A DNA stretch of 64,000 nucleotides from an uncultured Coprobacillus sp. (GCA_964389905.1 CAYMGD010000002.1:84306-148305); one strand, 5' to 3'; counted from the first letter of the stretch, positions 52,276 through 62,730 are shown. The notes: a model not told the origin generated them from the sequence alone. Made by a program: numbers and translations.

Positions 52276-53001
52276 ATGGATATATCAAAAACACTTAAAT
52301 TGACTTTTGATGACGTAAATAAAAGACAAAGTATTGGTACAAAAAAAGAAAAGTTTATGCATCAATTTCTTAAATATTTCATTTGTGAGGATTCGTCTAA
52401 ACATGAAATAGTAATTGGCAATAGGGTTGCTGATTGTGTAATTAACAATCATATATATGAAATACAAACTCGATCATTGTATAAGTTAAAAGATAAACTT
52501 TCTTTATATTTGAAAGAATATAAAGTTACAGTTGTATTTCCTGTTTATAATAGTAAACTTGTTAAGTATATTGATGAAAATGGTGAAGTTGTTAGCGTAC
52601 GGAAATCCCCTAAAAAAGGATGTCCTATAGATTTACTACCTGAGTTATATGCCTTATATGAATTTTTGGAAAACCCTAATTTTACTATCAAAATTATTAT
52701 TATGGAAATTGAGGAAACTCAAACAACAAGAATTGATAAATATAAACGTGAAAAAAGGACACCTATTGATAAGTATCCTTTAGATATTATTGATATTATT
52801 GACATTACTTCTTCTAACTCTTTAAGAAATATTTTGCCAAAGGAATTATTAGATAACCAAAGCTTTACTGCTAATGATTTTAATCATTTACTAAAACTTA
52901 AAGGTCGAAAAGCAAGTAACGCTTTGCAAGTTCTAAAAAAACTTGATATCGTAGAATTTATTGGTAAAGAAAATAGAAAATATCTCTATCAAGTTAAATA
53001 A
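52276..53001 (+). CDS. Hypothetical PD-(D/E)xK-like nuclease with a C-terminal wHTH
   Basis: IGTKKEKFMH...HE...VAD...IYEIQT; C-terminal ALQVLKKLDIVEFIGK. Confidence 0.5.
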   Translation: MDISKTLKLTFDDVNKRQSIGTKKEKFMHQFLKYFICEDSSKHEIVIGNRVADCVINNHIYEIQTRSLYKLKDKLSLYLKEYKVTVVFPVYNSKLVKYIDENGEVVSVRKSPKKGCPIDLLPELYALYEFLENPNFTIKIIIMEIEETQTTRIDKYKREKRTPIDKYPLDIIDIIDITSSNSLRNILPKELLDNQSFTANDFNHLLKLKGRKASNALQVLKKLDIVEFIGKENRKYLYQVK

Positions 53002-53078
53002 TTTTTTTCTTTATTACATTGATTTTATAAAAAGATATTTATACGTATTTAACATATTTGTATAAATATCTTTTGTTT

Positions 53079-53720
53079 TTATAATTTAATCCACATTGCC
53101 ATAGCTATTCCACAGCCTTTATGTGAAACATCATCCCAATATATGTCACCTTCTTCACTGATTACTGAAACACTATAAGGATATATACTACTTGGTGTGC
53201 GAAGATAATACCATCCTTCGAAACCTAATGCTTTAGCGTAAGCAGTTGCTTTTTTTATGCGTGCGGCAGTCTCGCCTTGATGTTCAGGAAAACCGTAGTC
53301 TTCATTTGTTATGTCATTTATGCTTAATAAAAATATTTTATCGTTTGTGGGATTGCGGTTTAAATCGTTGTCATTTGAAAACAAAGGATTGTTTGTCATT
53401 TCTTTGTTCTCTATTTGTGTTGTAAGAATTGTTTCTTGTTCTATTTGAGTAAAGGCTTTATTATAAAATTCATTATTAAGCCACTTGCGTATATATGAAT
53501 TTTCATATTCATTAGTATCGGCATTAAAGATTTTTGTATCTAAAATATATTCAGAAAAAAGTAATGCTTTATCTTTGCACTTTGTTAGAACACGCCATTT
53601 AATATCTTCCACAAAATACATTTGTCCTTCTTCTATTATGGTTTGTTTACTAGTATTATTTTCTAAACAAATATTTTGAGGATACTTCCCAAAATAAACA
53701 AATTTACTACTAATTTGCAT
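53079..53720 (-). CDS. DUF6273-domain protein
   Basis: FGKYPQ, IKWRVL, SYIRKWLNNEF, DKIFLLS and WYYLRTP. Confidence 0.8.
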   Translation of the reverse strand: MQISSKFVYFGKYPQNICLENNTSKQTIIEEGQMYFVEDIKWRVLTKCKDKALLFSEYILDTKIFNADTNEYENSYIRKWLNNEFYNKAFTQIEQETILTTQIENKEMTNNPLFSNDNDLNRNPTNDKIFLLSINDITNEDYGFPEHQGETAARIKKATAYAKALGFEGWYYLRTPSSIYPYSVSVISEEGDIYWDDVSHKGCGIAMAMWIKL

Positions 53721-54502
53721 TATTCTTCCTCCCTTATGTATTTAATTCTCATTACTGGTGCTACTCCACCATCTCTATATGTAATGTTAATTATACCTAT
53801 TAATCCATCAAAATATACATATCTTTGAGTCATACTATCGCAATTGTTTGGTGATCTTAAAAAGTACCATCCTTCACGTTCATATTGATATAAATATTTT
53901 GCTGCAGAATAATCTGTTCCTTTTATTACTCTAGATGTTAATTCTCCTGGAGTTTTGTTGAAGCCGTATTCTTTACTTGTTATTTCTTTATAACTTAGTA
54001 AAAATGCTTTGTCAATTGTATTACTAGAAATATTGTTATTATTTTTTAATCCTGTTGATTCTTCAGAGTTGTCTATAACTGTATCTAGAATAATTTTCTT
54101 TTCACCTTTTGAAAAAGCTTTATCCAAAAAATCTTTGTTTAGCCATTTTCTAATACTTGATGTTTCATATTTATTTGATATTTCATCATATATATGTGTA
54201 TCAATTAGATTATCACACATAATCATTAATTCATTTTCAGTTTCTTTTATAATACGCCATTTTATTGGTTCAACTTTAAAATAGTAGTATGAACCATTTT
54301 CTATTATCTCATTTTGAGAAAATACATTATCCTCTCTAAAAGGATCTGCTTTAACTTTTTCATAAAGTTCTCCGTCGTTTCCCAAATAGTATCCCTTATC
54401 ATTTGGTTCATCAGTCTCTATCTTTACAAGACTTTTTTTGATGGTTTGAGGATATAAACCGAAATACACGTACTTTCTTTTACCTTTACTTATTATTTTC
54501 AT
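53720..54502 (-). CDS. DUF6273-domain protein
   Basis: FGLYPQ, FKVEPIKWRI, SSIRKWLN, DKAFLLS, WYFLRSP and GVAPVM. Confidence 0.8.
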   Translation of the reverse strand: MKIISKGKRKYVYFGLYPQTIKKSLVKIETDEPNDKGYYLGNDGELYEKVKADPFREDNVFSQNEIIENGSYYYFKVEPIKWRIIKETENELMIMCDNLIDTHIYDEISNKYETSSIRKWLNKDFLDKAFSKGEKKIILDTVIDNSEESTGLKNNNNISSNTIDKAFLLSYKEITSKEYGFNKTPGELTSRVIKGTDYSAAKYLYQYEREGWYFLRSPNNCDSMTQRYVYFDGLIGIINITYRDGGVAPVMRIKYIREEE

Positions 54503-54630
54503 TGTTTTATCTCCATATTATTGATTTTGTTTAATTATACCAATTTTTTTACATTTTTACAATATTATATTAATTTTGGAAAAAAATATAAAAAAACTCC
54601 ATACTCTTGCATGAGTATAGAGATTAAAGA

Positions 54631-54984
54631 TTAGTTGTTTTTAACTAATACGCCGTTTTCTATTTTCATTTGTGTATATCCTTCTACACTTTGACTATCT
54701 TTTTTTACAGCATCTTTAACAACACCATCTTCAATATGAACACAGTATTTATCTTTAACGATTACATATATCTTCCCTTTTTGTTTTTCGTCATATTTTT
54801 CAGCATCTTGTGTTAAATAAGCTCTATATGCGTTTGCAACATCTTCTTTTGCAGCTGCTTTATTAGCATTTTCTACAACGCCACTAAATGTTGGGATTAA
54901 TACTCCTGCTAAAATTGCTATTACTGCTATTACTATTACTAATTCTACTAATGTAAATCCTTTTTGTTTGTTTTTTGTATTCAT
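54631..54984 (-). CDS. Type IV major pilin
   Basis: QKG-FTLVELVIVIAVIAILAGVLIP; flanked by its own intergenic regions. Confidence 0.88.
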   Translation of the reverse strand: MNTKNKQKGFTLVELVIVIAVIAILAGVLIPTFSGVVENANKAAAKEDVANAYRAYLTQDAEKYDEKQKGKIYVIVKDKYCVHIEDGVVKDAVKKDSQSVEGYTQMKIENGVLVKNN

Positions 54985-55297
54985 CGTTTTTATTTCTCCT
55001 TTACCTTGTTTTACTTCATAGTGAATATTAAAAACATATACTATGTGAATATTATATCATGTTTTAAATACTTTTGTCAAGGACTGAAAATTGCTATAAT
55101 TGGTAGTTATTTCTAAAAACAATTGTTAATTTAAAACATTAATTAAAAGAGACTATAAAACAATTAATTTTATAGTCCTTATCAATTTTTATAAACAATT
55201 ATATATAATAAAATGCTCTTCATCATTACATTATAACTATATTAATAATTTGTCAAAAATTACAGATACGTATAATTTCTTAAACATATTGAAATGC

Positions 55298-55829
55298 TTA
55301 ATAAATATAATTTTTTTCGGCATATTTCATTATTATTTTATATAGTTCGTGGGGATTAGATATATTATAAAAAGAAAGTGGTTTTTTGTTTGTACTGTTA
55401 TAGGGCCATATCCTAATATTTTTTCCCCATATTGATCGTTCAATAAAAACGTTACTTATGTTTTCAAATATTTCATTTAATTCTTCTTCATCAACCATCC
55501 CGATTACTCCCTAGTTTGTTATTACTAGTTTATATTTTAAATGCCTTTTAGTTAATACCAAACATAAAATTAGCCATGCCATAATACACATTATAATTAA
55601 AATAATAAACATTATTTTTAAAAACAAAGGCAAAATGTTTAGAATTTTTTTAGTAGTCCTGTGTAGTGTAAATTTTTAAAAAGCGAAGGGATGTTTGGGA
55701 AAATTGAAATAAGAAAGAAAACAAGTATTGAAGACCACGTTACTATAAGTGCCTTTTTTGAAGATTCACTTTTTTTTACAACGTCTTCATCTTTTCCATT
55801 TGAAAGCATAAGATTTCTTTATTTTCCAT
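55298..55829 (-). pseudogene. Decayed paralog of the adjacent bacterial PH-domain membrane protein
   Basis: GKDEDVVKK...W and LVITN*GVIG...ISNVFIERSIWGK parallel the intact neighbour; frameshifts and a TAG at 55511-55513. Confidence 0.65.
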
Positions 55830-55831
55830 CT

Positions 55832-56308
55832 TTATTTATTATTTAAAACTGACGCCATACTTTTTGCCATTTCGGCTGCTTGTTGTTTTACGCGATCTTC
55901 TTCGTATTGTTCAATTTGTGCCATTACAATATTTTTAAAGCCTTGGCCATTCTTGATTGCTTCAAATTTATATGCACCAGCAGCAGTAACTACTGATACT
56001 GTTGAGTAATTAAAGATTTTTCCAAAAAATGGTTGACTTAATGATACGTTTTGTATTTTATTTAGTGGACTATCCATTGAATCAGTATTTGCTACACCTA
56101 TTTTTCCAATTATGCGTTTATTTGTTACAGCTAATTCAATATGATTAAATTTTATTGTTGCAATTATTGCTTTAATTGTTGGAATAAGAAATAACCAACA
56201 TAATAATATTCCCTTTATCCACGCTCCTAAAAGGAATAATCCATTTAAATCGGCTTTTTTTACAATTGTTTCATTTTTTCCAATTTGATTTTCAACATAC
56301 TTTCCCAT
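55832..56308 (-). CDS. Bacterial PH-domain (bPH_2) membrane protein
   Basis: ELAVTNKRIIGK.G, LNKIQNV and QPFFGKIFNYSTV. Confidence 0.8.
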   Translation of the reverse strand: MGKYVENQIGKNETIVKKADLNGLFLLGAWIKGILLCWLFLIPTIKAIIATIKFNHIELAVTNKRIIGKIGVANTDSMDSPLNKIQNVSLSQPFFGKIFNYSTVSVVTAAGAYKFEAIKNGQGFKNIVMAQIEQYEEDRVKQQAAEMAKSMASVLNNK

Positions 56309-56363
56309 GTTAATTTACCTCATTATTAAATATTTTTATTGAATCGTATCCTTCAATAGTATA

Positions 56364-56391
56364 ATTTTATACCCCCCCCCTCTTTTGTCAA
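56364..56391 (-). promoter_or_regulatory. Sigma-A promoter with a G9 homopolymer in the spacer
   Basis: TTGACA-AAAGA-G9-TA-TAAAAT (16-bp spacer). Confidence 0.7.
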
Positions 56392-56518
56392 GAATGGATT
56401 AAAATTTTTGAGAGTTTTTAAAAAATACTTTCAATAGCTACTAATAAAAATAAATAAATGTTTTTAAAAAGCATACAAATATATTACATAAACCAGAATA
56501 TAATAAAAAGAACTTGTT

Positions 56519-57126
56519 TCATTTACTCAAATTATTTTCATAAATATTAAAATTTGCATTATGTAAAATATTTTTACCTATTTCTAATTTTTTATTAAGT
56601 AATTTTATTTCTTTCAAATTATTACAATTTGCAAAAGCATTTTCTTCTATTACGTTAACACTTTCGGGTATTTGTACTTTTTCTAAAGATGAGCATCCAT
56701 TAAATGTTTTTTTCTTCTATTTTCTTTATTCCTGAAGGAATTATTATTTCTTTTAAATTAATACAACTATTAAAAGCGTCTCCCCCAATCTCTTCTATGT
56801 TTAAAGGAATAGTTGTATTTGAGCACCCAATTAATAGTTTATTTATTTTTTTTCTATTATTTCATTACAATTTTCTCTTGAATCATATTTTTTTTATTAT
56901 TTACTATAATTTCAGTTAATGATTTACATCCTAAAAAAACAAATTGTCCTATTCTAGTAATATTTTGAGTTATGATAATGCTTTTTAAGGAAATTAGTCC
57001 TGAGAAAACTGATGATTCTATTTTGGTTACTGGCAACCCTTTGTATTTTTCAGGAATTATTATTTCTTTGATTTTTTTATCATTATATCCTATTATTGTT
57101 AATTCATTGTTTTCACTTCCTTTCAT
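56519..57126 (-). pseudogene. BspA-type LRR gene with three poly-A frameshifts
   Basis: Pieces YDSRENCNEIIE, KLLIGCSNTTIP, IGGDAFNSCINLKEIIIP and TFNGCSSLEKVQIP fall in shifted frames at A8, A8 and A7 runs. Confidence 0.8.
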
Positions 57127-57132
57127 TTATGA

Positions 57133-57170
57133 AAAAAAGGCGCATTTCATATTATGAAATAAACGCCTTA
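57133..57170 (-). terminator. Terminator after PFOR
   Basis: AAGGCG...ATTTCAT-att-ATGAAAT...CGCCTT with an A-run on + (U-tail on -). Confidence 0.65.
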
Positions 57171-57178
57171 AATTTTAA

Positions 57179-60100
57179 TTATTTGTCAGAATAATCCATT
57201 GCTACATATCTTTGATACATTGCATATCTTCTTTGAGCTTCTTTCTTGTTAAGAACTAGAAGTTCGTCTGCTTTTTCAGGATTAATTCTTCTTAATTGAG
57301 CATATCTATTTTCTGTTAATAGATGTTCTTCATATTTATCCCAGTTTGGAGCTTTTGAATCAATTTGGAATGGATTCTTGCCTTCTTCAGCAAGTCTTGG
57401 ATCGTATCTAAAAGTTACCCAATATCCACATTCAACAGCAAGTTTAGCTTGTTCTTGAGCTTTACCCATACCTGATTTTAAGCCGTGGTTAATACATGGA
57501 GCGTATGCGATGATGATTGATGGTCCATCATAGCTTTCTGCTTCTTTAATAGCTTTAAGCATTTGAGCTTGTGAAGCACCATGAGCAATTGTTGCTACGT
57601 ATACATGTCCATAGCTCATTGCTATTGCAGCTAAGTCTTTCTTCTTACCAAGTTTACCACTTGCTGTGAACTTAGCAATTGAAGCAGTTGGAGATGATTT
57701 AGATGATTGACCACCTGTATTAGAATATACTTCTGTATCAACAACTAGAATGTTTACATCTTCTTGGTTAGCGATAACATGATCTAAGCCACCATATCCA
57801 ATATCATATGCCCATCCGTCTCCACCAAAGATCCATTGACTTCTCTTAACAATATAATCTTTGATTTCATCGATTTGTTTTAATGTTTCATCTTCAGCAC
57901 CTTCAAGAAGTGGAATAATCTTCTTAGCTAATGCTTTTGTTATATCACCACTCTTACGATTTTCAAGCCATTCATTGAATAAGCCTTTTAATTCTTCGTT
58001 AGCATTTTCTTTAGCGATATATTCTTCCATTAATACGCCCAATCTATTTCTGATTGTTTCGCAAGCCATTCTCATACCATATCCGAATTCAGCATTGTCT
58101 TCGAATAATGAGTTAGCCCATGCAGGTCCATGACCTTCTTTGTTTGTTGTATATGGAGTAGCAGGGAATGATCCACCATAGATTGATGAACATCCTGTTG
58201 CATTAGCAACAATCATTCTATCTCCAAATAATTGAGTTATTAATTTAACATATGGAGTTTCTCCACATCCACCACAAGCACCACTGAACTCAAACAATGG
58301 TTGAGCGAATTGAGAGTTTTTAGCATTTGCTGTGATATCTACTAAATCAGTCTTATATGATACATGATCAAAGAAGTATTCAGCAACTTTGTCTTCATTT
58401 GCTTTTAATGCTTCATCAATTGGTACCATTGTTAAGGCTTTATTACCTTTCTTACCAGGACAAGCATTTACGCAAACTTCACATCCTGTACAGTCAGCAG
58501 CAGAAATTTGCATTGTGTATTTTAATCCTTCTAAACCTTTTCCGATTGGAGCTAAATATTCAGCACCTTTTGGAGCATTAGCTTCTTCTTCAGCAGTAAC
58601 TAAGAATGGACGAATTACAGCATGAGGACAAGCAAATGAACATTGATTACATTGAATACAGTTTTCTTTGTTCCATACAGGTACAAATTGAGCAATATAA
58701 CGTTTTTCATAAGCTGCAGATCCATTAGTCATTGTACCATCTTCAAATCCTAAGAATGTTGAAACTGGTAAGTCATAACCTTTAATAGCATTTACAGGTT
58801 CAGCAATCTTCTTAACGAATTCTGGTAAATCTTCTCTAACAACTTTTTCTTCAGGTACTAAATTAGCCCATGCAGGATCAACTGCAACTTCAACTAATCC
58901 TTCAGCACCTTTATCGATTGCATTGTAGTTTAAGTCAACAATATTTTGACCTTTCTTGATATATGCTTTATATGCATACTTCTTCATTAAATCTTTTGCT
59001 TCTTCATAAGGCATAATTTGTTCATTTAATTTGAAGAATGCAGATTGCATAATTGTATTAGTACGATTTCCTAAACCGATTTCTCTTGCTAAGTCAACAG
59101 CGTCAATAATATAGAATTTAGCATGTTTTTCAGCTAAAGCTTTCTTGAATGAATTTGGTAAGAAACTAATTAATTCTTCACCTTTCTTAACTGTGTTAAG
59201 TAAGAATGTTCCACCATCTTTTAATGAAGAAAGCATATCATATTTCTCACAATATGTATCAAGTGAGCAAGAAATAAATCCAGCTGCTTGAACTAAGTAT
59301 GGTGATCTAATAGGAGATTTACCAAATCTTAAATGGCTTCTTGTAACACCACCAGATTTCTTAGAATCATATGCAAAATATGCTTGTGCGTAATAATCAG
59401 TATTATCACCAATTAGTTTAATAGTACTCTTGTTAGCACCAACTGTACCATCACTACCTAATCCGAAGAATATTAATTCACTTGTTCCATCAGCAGATGT
59501 ATGAATTTCTTTTGTTACAGGAAGAGATAAATAAGTTACATCATCATTGATACCTACTGTGAAATGATCTTTTTGTTCGCCTGCTAAATTGTCATAAACA
59601 GCTAGGATTTGACCAGGAGTAGTATCTTTACTTGATAAACCATAACGTCCACCAATGATTAATGGAGCATTTTCCATACCATAGAATACTGATCTAACAT
59701 CTAGGTATAATGGTTCGCCAATTGAACCAGGTTCTTTTGTACGATCAAGAACAGCAATTCTCTTAACTGATTTTGGTAAAACCTTTAACATATATTTTGG
59801 ACTAAATGGTCTGTATAAATGAACTTCTAATAAACCAACTTTACGTCCTTCTTTTGTTAAATAATCAACAACTTCTTTTGTTGTTTCACAAACGCTACCC
59901 ATAGCAACGATAACATCTGTAGCATCTTTATCGCCATAATATACAAATGGTGCATATTGACGACCAGTTTCTTTTGAAATTTCTTCCATATATGCGTTAA
60001 CGATATCTGGAACTGCATCATAATATTTATTTTGAACTTCACGAGTTTGGAAGTAAACATCATCGTTTTGTGCTGAACCTCTAGTCACTGGTTTGTTAGG

Positions 60101-60730
60101 ACTTAGTGCTCTATCTCTAAATTTCTTAACAGCTTCACGATCAAGCAATCTGTCAAATACTTCATAAGGCATAACTTCAACTTTTTGAATTTCATGAGAA
60201 GTTCTAAATCCATCGAAATAATGCATAAATGGAACGCTTGATTTAATTGCACTTAAATGAGCAACACCAGCTAAATCCATAACACCTTGAACACTTGATG
60301 AGCATAACATTGCAAAACCAGTTTGACGGCACGCCATAACATCTTGATGATCGCCAAAGATTGATAATGCTTGAGCTGCTAAGCTACGAGCAGAAACATG
60401 AATAACACCAGGTAATAACTCACCTGCTATTTTGTACATATTTGGAACTTTTAATAATAAACCTTGTGATGCTGTAAATGTTGTTGTTAAAGCACCAGCT
60501 TGTAAAGATCCATGTACTGTACCTGCTGCACCAGCTTCAGATTGCATTTCTACAACTTTTACAGGTACACCAAATAAATTCTTTTGTCCTTTTGCTGCCC
60601 ACTCATCTACGTATTCTGCCATAGGTGAAGAAGGAGTAATTGGGTAAATACCAGCTACTTCAGTAAATGCATAAGCACCCCATGCAGCTGCTTGATTTCC
60701 ATCCATAGATTGAAAAACTTTTTTAGCCAT
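57179..60730 (-). CDS. nifJ: Pyruvate:ferredoxin (flavodoxin) oxidoreductase
   Basis: YPITPSS, EMQSEAGA, GLGSDGTVGA, two 4Fe-4S motifs, FSGACGGCGE and GGDGWAYDIG; probable start MAKKVF at 60730. Confidence 0.97.
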   Translation of the reverse strand: MAKKVFQSMDGNQAAAWGAYAFTEVAGIYPITPSSPMAEYVDEWAAKGQKNLFGVPVKVVEMQSEAGAAGTVHGSLQAGALTTTFTASQGLLLKVPNMYKIAGELLPGVIHVSARSLAAQALSIFGDHQDVMACRQTGFAMLCSSSVQGVMDLAGVAHLSAIKSSVPFMHYFDGFRTSHEIQKVEVMPYEVFDRLLDREAVKKFRDRALSPNKPVTRGSAQNDDVYFQTREVQNKYYDAVPDIVNAYMEEISKETGRQYAPFVYYGDKDATDVIVAMGSVCETTKEVVDYLTKEGRKVGLLEVHLYRPFSPKYMLKVLPKSVKRIAVLDRTKEPGSIGEPLYLDVRSVFYGMENAPLIIGGRYGLSSKDTTPGQILAVYDNLAGEQKDHFTVGINDDVTYLSLPVTKEIHTSADGTSELIFFGLGSDGTVGANKSTIKLIGDNTDYYAQAYFAYDSKKSGGVTRSHLRFGKSPIRSPYLVQAAGFISCSLDTYCEKYDMLSSLKDGGTFLLNTVKKGEELISFLPNSFKKALAEKHAKFYIIDAVDLAREIGLGNRTNTIMQSAFFKLNEQIMPYEEAKDLMKKYAYKAYIKKGQNIVDLNYNAIDKGAEGLVEVAVDPAWANLVPEEKVVREDLPEFVKKIAEPVNAIKGYDLPVSTFLGFEDGTMTNGSAAYEKRYIAQFVPVWNKENCIQCNQCSFACPHAVIRPFLVTAEEEANAPKGAEYLAPIGKGLEGLKYTMQISAADCTGCEVCVNACPGKKGNKALTMVPIDEALKANEDKVAEYFFDHVSYKTDLVDITANAKNSQFAQPLFEFSGACGGCGETPYVKLITQLFGDRMIVANATGCSSIYGGSFPATPYTTNKEGHGPAWANSLFEDNAEFGYGMRMACETIRNRLGVLMEEYIAKENANEELKGLFNEWLENRKSGDITKALAKKIIPLLEGAEDETLKQIDEIKDYIVKRSQWIFGGDGWAYDIGYGGLDHVIANQEDVNILVVDTEVYSNTGGQSSKSSPTASIAKFTASGKLGKKKDLAAIAMSYGHVYVATIAHGASQAQMLKAIKEAESYDGPSIIIAYAPCINHGLKSGMGKAQEQAKLAVECGYWVTFRYDPRLAEEGKNPFQIDSKAPNWDKYEEHLLTENRYAQLRRINPEKADELLVLNKKEAQRRYAMYQRYVAMDYSDK

Positions 60731-60859
60731 TTTAAATTCCTCCATATATTACTTATTTTAAAATGATTATAATTAATTATAGCATAGATGTAATATTTAC
60801 TCAAGTATTTTTTATTTTTAAGTTCCCCCATTTTTTTAAAAATGTATAATTTCAGCACA

Positions 60860-60935
60860 ATCGAGTAGGAGGGAATAAATATTTATTCCCGACCTCTCAC
60901 ACCACCACATCGTGCCGTTCGGCAATGGGCGGTTT
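60860..60935 (-). mobile_element. Group II (class C) intron remnant, domains 5 and 6 only
   Basis: Minus strand: AACCGCCCATTGCCGAACGGCACGATGTGGTGG-TGTGAGAGGTCGGGAATAAAT-ATTTATTCCC-TCCTACTCGAT; CGC triad, GAAC loop, bulged A and AT terminus. Confidence 0.88.
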
Positions 60936-61389
60936 GCAAGGTCTTATTTCAAATATAATATATAATGAAGATGGATTACCTTTACATTGTGCGCCATCAA
61001 GTAAATGCGATATAATTTATCATCACACAGATGGATCTTATATATTAGAACCTACAATGCAAAGAAGTCGAAACCAACAATTAAATAATGAAACTACCAA
61101 TATTGTTAGACATTTGAAAAACGAAAAAACAACTCATGGCATTGATTATAGAGTTATGATGGTCGCTCCATATATACATGCTGATGTTGTAGAATTCTTT
61201 AGATTTAAAGCAATTAATGATAAAGTAAGTATATCTACACTATCTATTGAAAAGACAGTTGCTTTAATTTCAGATAGTGAAAGTATTAAAGATTTAAACA
61301 ATAATTATGATTCCATAATAGTTGATTTAAAAACATTAGATGTTCAACAATTTGTTGATAAAGTAAACACTTTTAGAATTACCATATAA
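60936..61389 (+). pseudogene. C-terminal fragment of an AlwI-family type II restriction endonuclease
   Basis: EDGLPLHCAP...DI...ILEPTM...QQ...E...RHL...VAPYIHAD; 5' end abuts the intron remnant. Confidence 0.65.
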
Positions 61390-61413
61390 ATAATTCAATT
61401 ATTAATAGCAAAG

Positions 61414-61935
61414 CTATAAATAGAATTGCCCATATTGGATCAACTTTATTTTTTTATCATTGGTAAATCCATATATGGCGATACCTCCACAAACAAGAAT
61501 AGGAAAACACCAATTTATCCACGAAATTAAAGTATAGATTTTTTTCTTTTTTTCTATTAAAGTTGTATCCTTTAGTTTTGGATGATTTCTGATTTTTTCA
61601 TCAATTTCTTTAATTAATTTTTCTAAGTTAAAATCATTTGGATATTCATAGTCAATAAAAAGTTTTTCTAAATCCTCTGCATTTATTCCAGCATGATAGA
61701 CTACAACATTATATTTATCTTCAAAAAAATCTATAATGACATAAATGTTATGATAATTATAATTCAATTGAATTGTTTTACCTAATTTATTGATAGTAGG
61801 ATAGATTCCTACTCCCACATATTTAGATAATAACTTTTTAATGTCTCCACTCAAATATAATTCAAAGATTTTATCTAAATTACTATATTCATTCTTATCT
61901 TTAGAATTTAAATAATTTTCAATTTTTCTTTTCAT
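61414..61935 (-). CDS. Hypothetical protein, probable immunity protein (C-terminal TM)
   Basis: Immediately downstream of an RHS tip. Confidence 0.5.
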   Translation of the reverse strand: MKRKIENYLNSKDKNEYSNLDKIFELYLSGDIKKLLSKYVGVGIYPTINKLGKTIQLNYNYHNIYVIIDFFEDKYNVVVYHAGINAEDLEKLFIDYEYPNDFNLEKLIKEIDEKIRNHPKLKDTTLIEKKKKIYTLISWINWCFPILVCGGIAIYGFTNDKKIKLIQYGQFYL

Positions 61936-61959
61936 ATTGATAGATTATCCTTTCATATT

Positions 61960-62670
61960 TTAATCCCAATAACCAGAAATTGCTCGAATCACATGTTCAA
62001 AACCAATACTTAAAATTACAACACCACCAACTACAACAATACCTGGTAAGGCAACACCAGCAGCTAGTAATCCTGCCGTAGCAAGCGACATAGTTCCTGC
62101 AGCTAGATAATATGAGCTTACACCAATAGCCGTATCAATAGCTGTATCCACTAACATTGATGAATCAATTTGCCAATTATTTTCATAAAAATTGAATCCA
62201 AAATTTACCAATGCATTTAAGCCAATAGTACTGCTGACTGATCTAGCAATTACACCAAATCCGGCTCTAGCATCGCCAGTTAATATTTGCTTAAATGTCC
62301 ATTGAGCTATTGTTCCAAAACTTGAACTTGATTTACCAAACCAACGCCAAGTTCCGCCCATAATTGGGTGCATATATCTTGTGTTTGTTGCATATGCAAA
62401 TTTACTATGCATTCCATTAGTGGCAAAATATTTCATACCTAAAACGAAATCAGGAATTGCCCCAACTAATACAGGGACAAGTAAAGTTCCTCCAGAAGCA
62501 ACAACAGCCAATTCAACTCCTACAGCAACACCTAGCAATGTTTCTCAAATTGAATCTGGACTGTGTCCGGATCTGCCAGAATAATTGACATGATCATTCA
62601 TACAATAACAATATAAATTTAGCCCACTTATACTTTCATAATCTAAATAATCTACATCATCAATTAAACC
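61960..62670 (-). pseudogene. Orphan RHS C-terminal cassette with a hydrophobic Gly/Ala-rich tip
   Basis: DDVDYLDYESISGLNLYCYCMNDHVNYSGRSGH...SI*ETLLG is in frame with ORF 61960-62538; single TGA at 62545-62547. Confidence 0.8.
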
Positions 62671-62730
62671 TTTATTAATAACATAATTATGTTTGTATTA
62701 TGTAGATGCTCTTTGGGAAATAATCTATTT

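Noticed and set aside
238-62584. Many short antisense or nested ORFs in the track (e.g. 238-675, 11748-11978, 40283-40720, 57861-58133)
   Set aside because: Shadow frames of well-supported genes, with no motifs
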